Assembly: GCA_951406725.2 (NCBI GenBank)
Contig: OX597814.1
Span: 167,462,001-167,526,000 of the forward strand
Length of the DNA: 64,000 nt
From: Octopus vulgaris
Lineage: Eukaryota
Direction: 5' to 3'
The notes beneath the pieces are model-generated. The model saw only the letters and a program-made list of their open reading frames with translations. It made no database searches and was not told the DNA's origin. Positions 1 to 15,200 of the stretch are shown piece by piece; the first letter of the stretch is position 1, and each line of letters starts with the position of its first letter. A program made the position numbers and the translations under genes.

Positions 1-452
1 TAATGGTTTCAAATTTTGGCACAATGCAACTTATTTTAGGGGGAGGGCGTAGTTGATTACACTAGCCCTAGTACTCAAATGATACTTATTTTACCAATCC
101 TGAAAGAATGAAAGGCAAAGTTGACATTGATGGAATTTTGAACTCAAAACATAACAAGCCAGTAGAAATGGTGCTAAGCATTTTATCCAAGGTGCTGACA
201 TTTCTGCCAGCTCAGCACTTTAATAATAATAATAATAATTCTTTCTACTAGAGGCACAATGCCTGAAATTTTGTGGAGACGTGTTTAGTCAGTTATCTCA
301 ACCCCAGTGTTCAACTGGTGCTTTTTTATCAACCCCAAAAGCATGAAAGGCAAAATCAGTTTCACCGATACTTGAACTCAGAACAATGAAGATGGATGAA
401 ATGGTGCTACCATTTTCTCACCATGCTAATGATTCTGTCACTTTGCTATCTT
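1..452 (-). mobile_element. Two adjacent decayed copies of SINE family A (about 1-220 and 240-452)
   Basis: Reverse complement of the repeat at 62852 (shared gaaaggcaaag, tttgaactca and ctgccagct blocks). Confidence 0.7.
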
Positions 453-653
453 ATTTTATAATAACAATAACAACAATAATGACATTTAATATAAATCACT
501 TCATGTATTGACAATAAAAAAATATGAATCAGTAAAGTATATATATTTTTAAAATATATTTCTATAATCTGTTTCTATAATGTTCTATTAAATACCTTCC
601 TTAGTATTTACCATTTTAACCTTAAGAGTATTTAAATTTTGTTTGTTCTTCAG

Positions 654-798
654 AGAAGCAGCTCTATTATATGCTCAGAGTTCTCAGGTATTAACCAAAC
701 GATCTGCTACCGTTGGTCAAACCAAAGAAAGCCTTCCATTTGTGTTTGATTCTTTAGCAGAAGCAAGAAAATCATCAGCTTTTGTTGGGAGTTGTAAA
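654..798 (+). CDS. ASCC3: ASCC3 exon 1 (window numbering)
   Basis: ttcttcag| ... aaa|gtatgt; encodes ...[22 protein letters not shown]. Confidence 0.85.
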
Positions 799-3700
799 GT
801 ATGTGGTTTTTTTCTTTACTTTTTCTTTCTACTATCTGCTTGATTTATTGATTTAACCATCTACTTTTCTTTCATTCATTTTTACCCGTTGCTTATGAAC
901 AGATGTCTCTACCTATTGGATTTGAACGCATTGATAAAAAGATGTTTGAAGAAGTTCATATTCCTGCATCAGAAAAGGCTCCTCTTCACATTGGTAAAAA
1001 ACTTGTCAGCATTGATGATTTAGATGAGGTAATATATCTTTATCAATTCTTTCCTCTTCCAGTATATATATGTGTATGTGTGTGTGTATATATATATATA
1101 TGTATGTAGGTATGTATGTATAGAGAGTTTGAAGTGATGTTCAGATATTGTATATTGAGAAAAAGGAGGCAGTCAAATTTTGGATAATCCTTTATTAGCA
1201 CCTTCGTTTTTTTGAATTCGTCAAGACAAAATCAAATTGAAAATGGTAAAAACATTTCCTTGTTCATTTATATGAATTGGGTGTTTTTTGCTTTGTTTAA
1301 AAGAAAATATTTTTTTTTTTGGAAAAAGGTGGGAAGAGAGAAAGAAAAGCAAAGAGGGGAGAATAGATAGAGAGGTTTCAGGACAATCAGGGAAGAGGAG
1401 AAAAAATAATAAAGGATGGGGAAAGGATAGACAGATAAAAAGAGAGGTTTCTTTTCAATTTGATGTGGTCAATTCATTGAAATTTCATTACAAAGCATTT
1501 TTCTTTTTTTCTTTCTCCTTTCTTTTTTTCTCTTCATTGTATACCTATCAACATATTTATAAAAAAAACACATTTTCTTACAAGGGCTGGTGACCTTTCA
1601 AAGATGTCAATTTTAGGCAGTAGGATGGAAGAAATAAGAAAATGGGGAGGGTGCAGTCATCACTGAGAAATAATACAGAGATTAAAGTTCAACGTCCTAT
1701 GAAAATGTGTATTCCTTTATACTATATAGCCAAGTCTCATATTCTGTGTATGTTTTGCATGAACAAACATTAAATATTAGTACAATATTCATAAAATAGG
1801 AAAATAAAGTCAGAATATAAAAAAATAATTTGGTACTGTTTATAATTCAATCTATTCTCTATGTACATTTAATCAAACCTTTGTAGAAAAGGTTTTGGTA
1901 GAAACTCCATAAGATGCACCCAGTGTAAGCTTTGGATACATAAAAGGTGCAACAACATCAGAGGAAGGTTAACAGGGAAACTAGCTTTCGTATGTGGAAA
2001 ATGCACAGGTACAATAAATGCTGAAAATGTGCAGAAATTAGACTCCATCGACTGCCAGTGTGGCGAGTAGGAAGTAGTAAATAGATTCCATTATCTAGGT
2101 GACCAAGTTAGTAGTGGAGGTGGATGCTCCGAAAGCGCAGCTGTGAGAATGAAGATGGGCAAAGTTCAGAGAGCTCTTATCCCAGCTGGAAACAAAGGGC
2201 CTTCCTCTCAGAGTGAAAGGCAGATAGATGCTTGTATGCAAGCAGCTATGCTGCATGGCAGTGAAACATGGGCTATAACAGCCAAGGACATGCATGGATC
2301 TGAGAGAAATGAAGCCATTATGTTTCTCTGGATGTGCAAAATCAGTGTGCATGTTCGACAGAGTGTAAGCATCTTGAGAGAAAAGTTAGGTATAATAGGA
2401 ATCAGATGTGGTATGCAAGAGAGACGACTGGTCATGCGATGCATATGGACAAGGACAGCTGATGATAATAGTTTAGTTATCTGATAAGTTAGCTAGTCTG
2501 ATAGATATTATAATGAATTTTAAATTACATGTTACACTCCAAGTCAAAAGGTTCACTGTATAATTGTACAAATTATTGTAACAGAAAATAGTTTTTTAAA
2601 CACTTTTCATATAATTTTTATACAATAATAGTGTTGCATATGTGTTGCTGATATTTCCAACAAAACCATTTTTTTTTTCAGGTTGGATCAATGGCTTTTA
2701 AAGGTATGAAGACACTAAATCGAATACAATCAATTGTTTATGAGACTGCATACAAGACAAATGAAAATCTTTTAATCTGTGCCCCCACTGGAGCTGGAAA
2801 GACAAACATCGCTATGCTTACTGTTATTAGAGTGTTGAAACAAAACATTGTACAAAATGTAATTCGAAAAGACCAATTTAAGGTTGGTGTAATATTTGCC
2901 AAATTTCCAAATACATGCAATCCTTTAAATACTTTCCTGTTAAAACATTTTTTAAGGAAATTAAACTTTTTTTTAGAAATGATATTTTCAGTATTGAATT
3001 AATAAACTGTGGTAATGATATTTATGAATACATATCTACATATACTACACACAGACACAAGTCAATGAAGGTGTTGCTGTGATCATTCAATTTGCTGTAA
3101 ATAATAGCCACATCTTCCTCAAAGAAAAGAGTCATTAGATAAGATCATTTTACACACCTCTAAAAGCTGGAATGATCATAGCTGAAGCATTTCGATTCTT
3201 GCATTGATTTAGAAAAAAATATATAGCCTAATAGTAGAGAACAACTAAAATTTTATTGTTATTTATTAATGCAAATATATTTAAAAGGAAATATTGATTC
3301 ACATAACTATTGTACTTCTGTCTGTTTTGCAATTTCAGCATTTTTACATAGTGTACATTGCATTATACACTACACATATAGAGTCTATTAATTAAATACT
3401 GGGATATTTATTTTATATTTTAAAAAATGCTAAGCTTTCATATTATTCATTTATCATATTGGTACAGCTTAACTCTACAGTTAATGGCAATTTAAAATTT
3501 GACTGGCCAATAAATTATGTATAGCTAGATTATCTATCTATATTTATATTCATTTACCATTTGAACGTGGCCAATGCCAGTACCCCTTGACTGGCCCCCA
3601 TGCCAGTGGCTCATGAAAAGCACTATCCAAACATGGTCAGTGCCAGGCCTGCCTGACTAGCTTCTGTGCCAGTGGCACATAAAAAGCATCCACTACACTC

Positions 3701-3846
3701 TCAGTGTGATTGGCGTTAAAAAGAGCATCCAGCTGTAGTAACATTGCCAGATCAGATTGGAGCCTGGTGCAGCCACTGGCTCTCCAGACCTCAGTCAAAT
3801 TGTTCAACCCATACCAGCATGGAAGACGGATGTTAAATCATGATAA

Positions 3847-3930
<84 letters not shown>

Positions 3931-6900
3931 CACACACATATATATATGCTTTTTTCATATATATTGATGTTACTATTTATATTTCTTTAGATTGTCTATG
4001 TTGCACCTATGAAAGCACTTGCTGCTGAAATGGTGAGGAACTTTGGTAAACGACTAGAACCACTTGGAATAACTGTCCGTGAATTGACTGGAGATATGCA
4101 ATTGACCAAACAAGAAATTGTCAATACTCAGGTAAATTTGAACAATGCTTTAATTTAAAAAATAAATTTTTATGTTAAAGATAAATTTGAAATGTAATTG
4201 AAATAATTTGTATTTTGAAAATAATAATTTTGTAATAAACTTTGCATTTAAAAAGGAATTCAATATTTCATTTAAAAACAAGGAAAATATAAATTTCTAA
4301 AATATTAAATGTTTTAACTTCTTTTGTCTTTTCTTTTAGATGTTAGTCACTACTCCTGAAAAATGGGATGTGGTTACACGTAAAGGAACAGGAGATGTGT
4401 CTTTATCTCAGTTAGTAAAACTGCTTATTATAGATGAGGTCCATTTGTTGCATGATGACAGAGGTGCTGTCATTGAAAGTTTAGTTGCCAGAACCCTGCG
4501 GCAGGTATGTCCCTTCAGCAACATAACTCATGTAACACAGATTTTCTTAATTTCCTTCATATAAGATATAATTTCAGATAAACTCCTCTCAAGTTAGCAT
4601 ATTCACTCTCAACTCTCTTATTACAATTCTTTTTGAAGGATGGGGATAAGGCCATTTTTTTTCAAATTCACTCTGAGTTTTCAGTGGTTATTAATCTAAC
4701 TCCAGAAGATTGTTTGCATAAATTAATTCAACTAGTTCTTATTTGTATATATTTATTATTTGAAGATGTAGTTATCTCCAGGTGTCTTTCTTTTACATTT
4801 TTCAATGCTTTTATTTATTTAATTTTTTTTTGCTAAGATTATAAGAATATATTTTTTCATGAGTTGTTTATGATGATTAGTTTCATTGCCTGCATGCATA
4901 CCTGACCAAATTAAAGATATTTCAAACAGCCTTGATCCCTTTCTCTCTCCAAATATCCCATCCCTACCAAATTGTCACTGTCTCTGTTACTCTCAGTTTG
5001 TCCAATTGCTGCCCTCACCTCCATTACCCACCACAAATTCACACACAACACGTTGCTCCTCTCCCTCAGAATGGATTTAGTAGACAGAAACTGAAAGAAA
5101 CCTGCCATGTATACATGGCTGAAAGAAACCTGCCATGTATACATGGCTGATTAGGGCTTTGGCACTTCTATGCTAACTTATCCCTAGCAATGTATATTTT
5201 GGGTTGTCTGATAAATTCATTCGCTTCTTTCTACTTGGTACTCCATCATCATATATCTGAAAACGGGTAAAATGTATTCTAAATTCAAAAATGATAAACA
5301 AAAGTTGTAGAGGAAACACAGCTACAAAAACCAAAACAAAACATTATTATGGAAATATTTTTCATGTTAATTTAAATAACATTTAAGACAGTGAGATGGC
5401 AGAATCTTTCACACACTGAGCAAAATGTTCTGGGTTCAAATTCTGCCAGGGTCAACTTTGCGTTTCAAACTTTCGGGATCAATAAAATATGTACCAGTTG
5501 AACACTGGGTTTGATTTAACTGACTTAACCCATTTCCCTAAAATTAATCGCCAAAATTTGAAACCAAATTGAATAACTGTGGAAAGAATTAAAATAAATG
5601 AATGAAAAAAAAAACAAAGAAATTTATCTGATCACTCAGCACTTCACCCCTGGTTTGTCAGAGACAGCTAAGTATGTGAATGAAATCATTGCTTTAGGCA
5701 AGTCTCTTCACATCACTCACACTATCAGACCTCAACATTCAAATAGTTTATTCATGGCTGTGTTATAATAATTCTGGCAAAGAGCCAAGTCTTCAACATT
5801 TGGAGAAAATCATCTTCAAACTGGATGGCTTCTTATTTCTTTACTGCCCACAAGGGGCTACACACAGAGGGAACAAACAAGGACAGACAAACGGATTAAA
5901 TCGATTATATCGCCCCCAGTGCATAAGTGGTACTTATTTAATCGACCCCGAAAGGATGAAAGGCAAAGTTGGCCTCGATAGAATTTGAACTTGGAATGTA
6001 GCGACAGACAAAATACCACTTAGCATTTTGCCTGGTGTGCTAGCGTTTCTACCACCACCACCACATCTGTAAGACCATTGTCTGAAAAGTTTTAGATGCC
6101 TCCATGGCTCTCACAATCCGTAATCGACCCCGAAAGGATGAAAGGCAAAGTTGCCTCGATAGAATTTGAACTTGGAATGTAGCGACAGACAAAATACCAC
6201 TTAGCATTTTGCCTGGTGTGCTAGCGTTTCTACCACCACCACCACCGCCACATCTGTAAGACCATTGTCTGAAAAGTTTTGGATGCCTCCATGGCTCTCA
6301 CAATCCGCAAGCTCTGCTGCTTCCTAAACTGCAGCTAATCCATATAGAATCCTCCTCTCCATTTATCAACCATAACAGTTCTACAAGTTGTATTCTTATG
6401 AACACATTTCTGCTGACTTTGCATCCAACTCTCCACATGAGGCAAATCAAATCTCCTTTGAGATTCACATGTACATACTGTATTTTATAACAAATATAAT
6501 GTATCTTGGTCTATGTTATCTACTGTGTCCATCCTTTTTTTATGACAGTAATGGTTGATTTACGAGAGATTTGACTGCTATTTCTTGTTGGCTTGTGAGT
6601 TTGTTGTTATTGTTGCTTAAACCTAGACCCACCTTGATTAGGCAGGCCTATCATCAAAAGCATACCAGTTGTAACAGTCTAATCTTTTTTTCCGGACATA
6701 TTGTATCTAGGACTACATTATTCAATGTATGTGTGTATATTTTTTTTTATGGCAGTAGTTTGTAATTGTAGGAAGGCTTATGTGCTATTACTAGCAGACC
6801 AAACAACTGCATTGTGGCTTGTGAATTTGAAATTTGTATGTTTTTAACTGTGGTCTTGTGCAAAAGACTTATATTTCAATGGTTCTGTACTCCAAAAATT

Positions 6901-7395
6901 GATTTTCTTTTTAGGTGGAGGCTACACAGAGTATGATAAGAATTGTTGGTCTATCTGCAACATTACCAAATTATTTAGATGTTGGACGATTTCTCAGAGT
7001 TAACCCTGCACTTGGATTATTTTTCTTTGATGGTAGATTCCGGCCAGTCCCACTGGAACAGTCTTTCATAGGTGAATTAATAAATATTTTAAATGTGTTG
7101 TATAAATTAAATGTTATTTTACAAATAAACTGAAATCTCCAGAATTACTGGGCACGATTTGCTAATCATGTCTAGAAGTTTAACATGTCTGTATGACATC
7201 TTCTCATTCTTTTACCTTTTACCATATTAGCTTGTTTCAGTCATTAGACTGCAGCCTTGCTGGGCACTTCTTTGAAGAGATTTGAAGCAAATCAATCTAT
7301 TGGTCTTTTATGCCAAACCATTAAGTTACAGCAAAGGTAACAACCCCACACCAGTTGTCAAGTGGTGGAGTAGGGGAACACTGACATAAATACAT

Positions 7396-7439
<44 letters not shown>

Positions 7440-10400
7440 GGTAGGCTTATTCACAGTTTCTGTCTACCAAATTCACTTACAAGGCATTGATTTGTCCAGG
7501 GTTATAGGAGAAGACACTTGCCCGAGGTACTGCACATTGGGACTGAACCCAAAACCGCATGTTTGCAAAGCAAGATTCTGAACCACACACCATATCTGAT
7601 GATACATTGTTAATATTTTTACTGCTTTGAATTAAACACGGTACAAATCCCAAGTTTGATTGAACCCAATGGTTCTCAGTACTTCCTTTCACCAAATGAC
7701 CATTTTACTGATCTCTTCTACATATTTTGGAAAGCAAAATAGGCACAAAAAAAATTTTTATTTTCGCCATACAAAAATATATCTTGTGTATTGGTTTATT
7801 ATCTCTGCTTATACTACCCATGTTTGCTCTTTTTTTGTCAATATTTGCACAATCTAGTGGAATTTTAATGGCAATTATTAAGGAAAGTGAGGATTTATGA
7901 AATTATATTGGATGTTGGTGCATTGTTAGTCATGTTCCTGTTCATTGATAACAAAATGTCATATACATCTTACTATCCTTACAAAAATTGTTTTGAAAAT
8001 GTGTTTCAAATATAAGTATTGTATCTGGTTGAAATATTTCACTTCTAAGGAAAATCACAACCCTTCTAAACATCTTTTGTTCTCTCCTTCATTGCACATC
8101 CTTGACATTTACTGCCATGTGTGAGCTCACAATGGCACCAAGGGGTTCAGTAAGATTGCATTAGGTGTTGGTGTCACATAGAAAGCACCTGTGCCAATGC
8201 CACATAAAAGTACTCATGCCAGTGTTGCATAAAATCACCCAGTGCACTCTGTAAAGTGGCTGGCGTCAGGAAGGGCATCCAGCCATTAGAAACCATACCA
8301 AAACAGACATGGAGCTTGGGCAACTCTTCAGCTGGCCAGCTCCTGTCAAACCATCCAATCCATGCCAGCATGGATGTTAAATGATGATGACGACTGCATA
8401 ATTGATGGAATGTAAGCAGAATATTGCTTGGAAGAACTGTCATAGTAATGTTGAGCTGGTATTAAATGTTATACAGGGTAAAAACGTGTTGATAAACAAT
8501 ATATTAGATTAAGAGTTATGAAAGAGAGATGTAAGAAACTGTTTTTAGATTTTTCTAGATAAAAAAAAAAAATTAGTATCATTGATCAAACATAACTGAC
8601 TGTGTTGGTTTGTAAATAAGAGTTTTTAAAAACCCACTTTAGTAAAAATACATTTGTTATGTAATAAAAAGCTGATTTTGTTTAAAAAATGCTTTGGTAT
8701 ATCTGTTCTAGATTAAATTTTATACATTCTTTGTTGAAATTCACTAATATTGAGTATTTTTTGTTTATTCATTTATTTCTCTAGGAATCAAGTCAATAAA
8801 CAAAATGCAGCAGTTACAAGATTTTAACACTGTTTGTTATGAGAAAGTTCTTGATCAAGTAAAGAAAGGATACCAGGTAACATCTCAGTCTTTAACATAC
8901 CGGAGCATTGAAAATACAATCATTATTATTATATAATTAGTAACATAAATTATTTAGCATGCAAGATTTTAGCGATGAAGTGGTTAATATAATGGAAATT
9001 TTTCATGTACTTTTGAATAGATGCTTATGCAGATTACCGTCTTAAAATAGCAGGCTATCGCAGACCTATATCTAGATATCTGGACTTCAAATCATTACGA
9101 TAATCATAGTGAAAATATTCTAAACAAGGTTAATAATCAACAATTAACTAAGTGTTTTACAAAAACATTGTCTCTAAAGATTGAAAATTATATTCAAATT
9201 ACAAATGACCGATTGCTTGTATTCATTTATCAAAATTTTGTCAATTATTGTTTAGCTCCAGCTCAACTCTGATTGAGTGGGTTCAGGAGCAAAGAAATTC
9301 ATGATTTGGTCATAGTACCTTTTATCCAAAGAATCTCATGTCTTTTCTCACTTTAAGATTTGGCTACAATTTATGACTGGTCAAGCAATCATATACAGGT
9401 TTTGTTTAGTTGTTGTGTAGTTTAAGGTCAATTTTGATAGAGCAAATCTCTGATCAGAAACTTTCCAGCCATGATGAACCCATCACTTTAAGGAGTATCT
9501 AAGACTAAATAATCCCATGTGTACTTACTGTTGAGGTTGATTTGAGAATTGGCTGATATTTCTTGCAGGTCAAGCAACCTCATAGAGTTCCCTAATTGGC
9601 TTTGGGTGAAAGCAAAGTGTAAAGGAGCTGAAAAAATAGCAGAAAATTTTAGGCATCAGCCAAGGACTGCTGTTAAGAGAATTGTGGAGATATGCTATGT
9701 GCTGTTAAATAGCAGAATTTTCCAGCTTTATATTGATTTCAAGTTTTAGGTTATAGTGCATTATATGTTTTAAAAGTTTGATCCTTTGATGTATGTTCCT
9801 GCTGTCTGGCACTAAAAATTTAGCATTACATTTTTTATTTTACAAACACATTAAGTAGAAAAGATAGGGAACATTAGTTAACTCCTTGTTTCAATGTCAT
9901 CATTCCCTATAATAAATGTATCCTCTGTTGCTTATGGACATTATGTTTGTGTGTATTGAATTGTTATATCAAATTTGAGGTTTTACTCAACATTTCCTAT
10001 TTATATAAGTTTAAAATTTTACATTTTACCTGAGTTCTTAGAGATTATTAAAGGGTTTTACATATGTAAAATATTTGATTTGCGACACTTTCCCAGTGTG
10101 TAACTTTTAAGCTTCTATGCTACAAAATTAATTTAGTGTATAATTTTGATAAATTATTTTTTGATAATTTAAAGAATTACTTCATATATCTCTGATCAGC
10201 AGGTTGTGAATTTTTGTGTATAACATCTCCCCCATTTTTTTTCCCCAGGTGATGGTTTTTGTCCATGCTCGCAATGAAACCTTACGAACAGCAAAGGTTC
10301 TGAGAGAATTAGCTCTGAATAGTGATAATATTCATTTGTTTGCACCTCAAGGAAGGAGATCTGGTCTTCCTGTACGTAATATTACAAATATATATTCTCA

Positions 10401-12156
10401 ATGAAAAATTAACTTATTAGTTTTTAACTATTTATTTTATATTTTTTATGATTTAATACAAGCTGTAAACACGTTTTTTTTACTGCTTAGTCAAGAGGGG
10501 AAAGGCAGTACCCTATTTTTTTGTTTTTTCAAGGGTTTGCAAGATTGGTGAGAGGAAGCAAGGAAGTTATTCTTAAATTGGAAAGTTGTCTTAAATGCTT
10601 GCAACAGAATGAACTTTGCTAAAAGCACCTGAGGGCCAGGTTGTGGTGTTAAATCAAACAGCAGATTAAATCTACCAAGTACTCAGAAAGCAAAACAATG
10701 CTCAGACAAATACAAGACATCTTGTTCCATTTCAACAATCCAATGTCTTCAATTAGTACATGATAGTCTTGATTCTGAAAGGAGGAATGACAATGTTTGA
10801 AAACAGTGTATAGAGCGAAAACAAATACTGAGACATTGTCCTATGCTGTAGCAATTCTGCCAATTTGCCAAAATTTAAATTCATGAAAGATGTCTTTTGA
10901 AATGATTTATAGTAATATCTTACCAAATACATTTTTACCTCCCAGTCCCTTGTTCATAATAATCTGCACGTAAAAAGCACCATTGAAGCGTGGTTGGTGC
11001 CAGTACCACCTGACTAGTCCTCATGCTGGTGGCATGTAAAAAGCACCTACAATACTATCAGAGTTGTTGGCGTTAGGAAGGGCATCCAGCTGTAGAAACT
11101 TTGCCAGATCAGATTGGAGCCTGGTGCAGCCTTCTTGCTTGCTAGCCCTCAGTCAAACCGTCCAGCCTGTGCCAACATGGAAAGCAGATGTTAAATGACA
11201 ATGATGATGATGAGTGTTCATCGTTTTTCACCTCTACTTTTCCATGCTTGCATGGGTCAGATGGAATTTGTTGAAACAAATATTTCTATGGTCAGATGCC
11301 CTTCCTGTCACCAACCTTCGCTTCTTTGCAAACAAAGTATTATTTTCCCATTGCCAGTCATGTTTCCTCCGGAAGTCTGAAAACAAACTGCCTTGTATGA
11401 CAGTGATGCTCATTTACAACTATCATGTGATATCTAGATAAAATTGCTCATGTACATACATATGTGTGTGCATATATATACCCATAAACACACACACATA
11501 TATGTTTGTATGTATACACATACAATGGGCTTTTTTACAGTTTCCATCTCCCAAATCCACTTACAAGGCTTTGATGAGCCTAGGGTTATAGTAGAAGATA
11601 CACACCAAAGGTGTCACACGATGGGACTGATCCCAAAACCATCTGGTTGTGAAGCAAGTTTCTTAACCACACTCGTGCCTATTGTTTATGAATATTTTAT
11701 ATCTTTGAATTTAACTTACTGAAGTCACTATTTAAATTATCAGCTAAATTTACAAAATTTTTGTAATATAATTTGTATAGTTCAGTAGTTTCTAAATGTT
11801 CTCAGATTTATGCTTATATTTTTTATTATTAATAATATATATTTATGAATCTGTTCATTTCTTTTCTTTCTTTTTTGAAAATACACTGTAGGGCCACAAT
11901 CCCCAAAATCGACATCTTCAAGAATTGTTCCCTGATGGATTTGGTATACATCATGCTGGAATGCTTCGTCAGGATCGTAATTTGGTTGAAAAGTATTTTT
12001 CTGAAGGTTCCATAAAAGTCTTAGTGTGTACAGCAACTTTGGCCTGGGGTGTGAATTTACCTGCTCATGCTGTCATCATCAAGGTTATTACATTAACAAT
12101 ATTTAAATATGTTCTTTAAAGATTAACTTAACATATATCAGTCATTTGTAAAATGG

Positions 12157-12206
<50 letters not shown>

Positions 12207-15200
12207 GAAAACTTATCTTTAGATGTTTAAAACTATTAAAACCATTTAAAACTCCTTAAATTCCTAATATTTTGCTAGATATTGTCACTGAACTTTAAAA
12301 TTTACTGAATTGAAGTATCGTAATTATTTTAATAACAAATTAATGGACTAATATATTTATCTGTCCTAACTTTCAGTATGTTCAATATTTGCTATAAATG
12401 CAGAGCTTAGGACAATTATCAACATAGACAAACTACTTAACATTTTAATGTAATATTGTAAATGGTATTCTTTTCTCAACCAACCTGTTTTATTATCTTC
12501 CAGGATTCTTCATTGATTTAGTCATTGACCATTCTTCCTTCCTTCCAGATCTTAATATATTTCATTTGTTTTGTGCTATATGAAATGTCACTCTCCTATT
12601 AGTTTTACTCTTAAAATATGAATACTACTTTCAATACTTAGGTCATATTTTATTTCTGCTGAGGAATGAAGTAACGCATCCATCCCAGTCTTACATAAGA
12701 CTGCCCTATATTTATTTTACTTAAAATGAAATGAAAATGAGCTAAGAGAAATATCTCAGATTAGTCAGTGGCAGGTATTTGAACAATGAATAAAGGTCTA
12801 TTAAATAACATGCAAGATAAATTCTTGATTTATTGTAACTACACCTGCTTTGCGGCAATTGATACCAACTTTATGGAGATGTGGAGATAATCTCTAAAAT
12901 CTAGGATTCTCCAAAATTGACATGCTATCAAGAAAAGACAATCTGATTTTCTGCAAACAAGTGAATTGTGAACATGTTTCTATCTCATTTGGCATCATCT
13001 ACTTAGCAATTGTCCTACTTTATTCTTTAGCAGTTGATGAGATATTTCAAGATAGAAAAGTTATACTGTCTGAAGACAATAGGATGGTTTTGGACACGTG
13101 ATTATATTTACTTCAATAAGTGTCATCAATGTAATAATTGTCCTATCTTATTTTCAACAGGCATGACACTTAGACATATGAAAAAGAGTAGAATGTATTT
13201 ATGGCCTGGGTAATAGATATGTATATTAAAAAGATGCCAATCTGTCAAAGTATACTTTTACAGTCAATTTTTAAAAAAAACCATTCTCTGAATGAAACTG
13301 AAAGAGAAACAAAAAGGAAGATTTTTCCAAATTTCAGTTACTAATTTTATATATGCTTAAACAATAGAATAATATTTTTGCATTAAAAAATGAAAGTACA
13401 TTCATTAATACATAAGGATTACATTTTTTGTGTTTTTACAGGGAACTCAAATCTATGATGCCAAGAAAGGTTCTTTTATTGATATTGGCATACTTGATGT
13501 TTTGCAAATATTTGGGCGTGCTGGGCGACCCCAGTTTGATACTTTTGGTCATGGATCTATTATAACTACTCATGACAAACTTGCTCATTATCTATCTCTT
13601 ATGACACGACAAAATCCTATAGAAAGTCAGTTTATTACAAGCCTAACTGATAATTTGAACGCTGAGGTAGGTGATCATTGTTTTTATATTTTTGTAACAT
13701 CATTATATTTCAAAATACACTTAATAAATACTGTCTTAGAGTAGTTGTAAATTGGGGGAAAAATAGGTGCAGTTATAAAGGAAGCAAAGGCCTTGTTGGC
13801 AATGAAAAAATATTTTGTTGGTGATATCCAAGAACTTATTCTTGGTTAAACCCTGAATCAAGTATGTGTTTTTATGATACCAGTTTGAATATAAGATTAA
13901 GGCTGAGTTTCTAATTCCTAATGAAGTAATCCCCATCTTTTATGAGATTTACAGAACCAGTATGCTTCATCAAAATCCTGATAGTCACTTGAAAGTTTTA
14001 TGTCTATAAGCAAGAAAAATGAACTGTGTAGAAACTGTTTCATGTAGTGTCATTCTTTTTTAACAAATTGATGTTAGTGCTGTCTGAGTGGTTGACTTCC
14101 TATTACTATTATCAATATTGCCTGCTTACATGTAACAGTGACAAAACTTGTTCATGTCATGGTTGTTGGACAGTAACTGCTTATGTAGTCATAGTGTATA
14201 ATTCTAACAGAGAGGTCGGAACACTTTGAGACAGCTACTTGATGACTTTTCCAAATGCTCTTCATATTTGGCCAGCTCATGCTGTTCTTTCTTCATTTAT
14301 GAACTGGTCAGAAAAGATGCACAGGGTATGAAATGAATAGGAACCATGATGATTGTTGCATATATGAACAGTTCTTTCAGTAAACCTTTATTGCTAGCAC
14401 CATAGCAAACTAGATAAAGGAGGACTTCTCTGAACTCTCAGGTCCGCAGGTGGTCGGTTTGCACAGATGGAACTGCGAATTGCTCGCTATCTCCAGTGAC
14501 CTCGCACAGGACTGTCGAGCGTGGGCCACCATGGTTCGTGATGCTGTTAGGACCAGAGAAGAAGCCGGTTCAACCCACCCTGGGTGAATGCCATCACAAG
14601 TACAAGTACAACATAGCAAACTGAACCTTGCTGGTCTATCATAATGCTAACCTGCAGCAAAATCATTAGCTAGATGTTTTGCCACTCTGGTGAGACTGAA
14701 AACATAATGGATCAAAATGCACATGCTAAGCAATAAATATTTATTTATTTCCTTTTGTTCTAATAAATTAAGGATATAAAACAATACGAGGGGGTGCTGA
14801 AAAGTTCCTGGCTTTGAGTAAAAGAAAATGCAGGAGGATCAGTTAATTATGATTTTATTCAACATATTTCCATTTCAGATTCACACACTTATTTCGATGG
14901 TCCTTCACTTTTTCTAAGCCCTGTAAAAGAACTCAGAAGGTTGAGCCTCCAACCAGGCCTTTAACAATACCCTTAAAACCAGGAACCTTTCAGTACCACT
15001 CATCGATCTTGCAATGTCTGTAAATTTATCTTTTCAGTAAGATTGTTATTAAATAAGCAATTATTTGATAGCAGTTAAGTAAATTCTTGGAAATTTCTGA
15101 AAAACTAAGTTGGTTGTTGTTTTCTAGATTGCTCTTGGTACAGTTTCTAATGTAGAAGAAGCAGTGAAGTGGCTCAGCTACACTTACTTGTTTGTGAGAA

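Noticed and set aside
1185-1230. Third hammerhead motif (minus strand TTGACGA...CGAA)
   Set aside because: It lacks GAAAC-GUH and convincing stems; at best a very decayed remnant.
12780-13260. Possible gypsy integrase remnant (WPG...CQ-like)
   Set aside because: Too decayed to support without a translated search.
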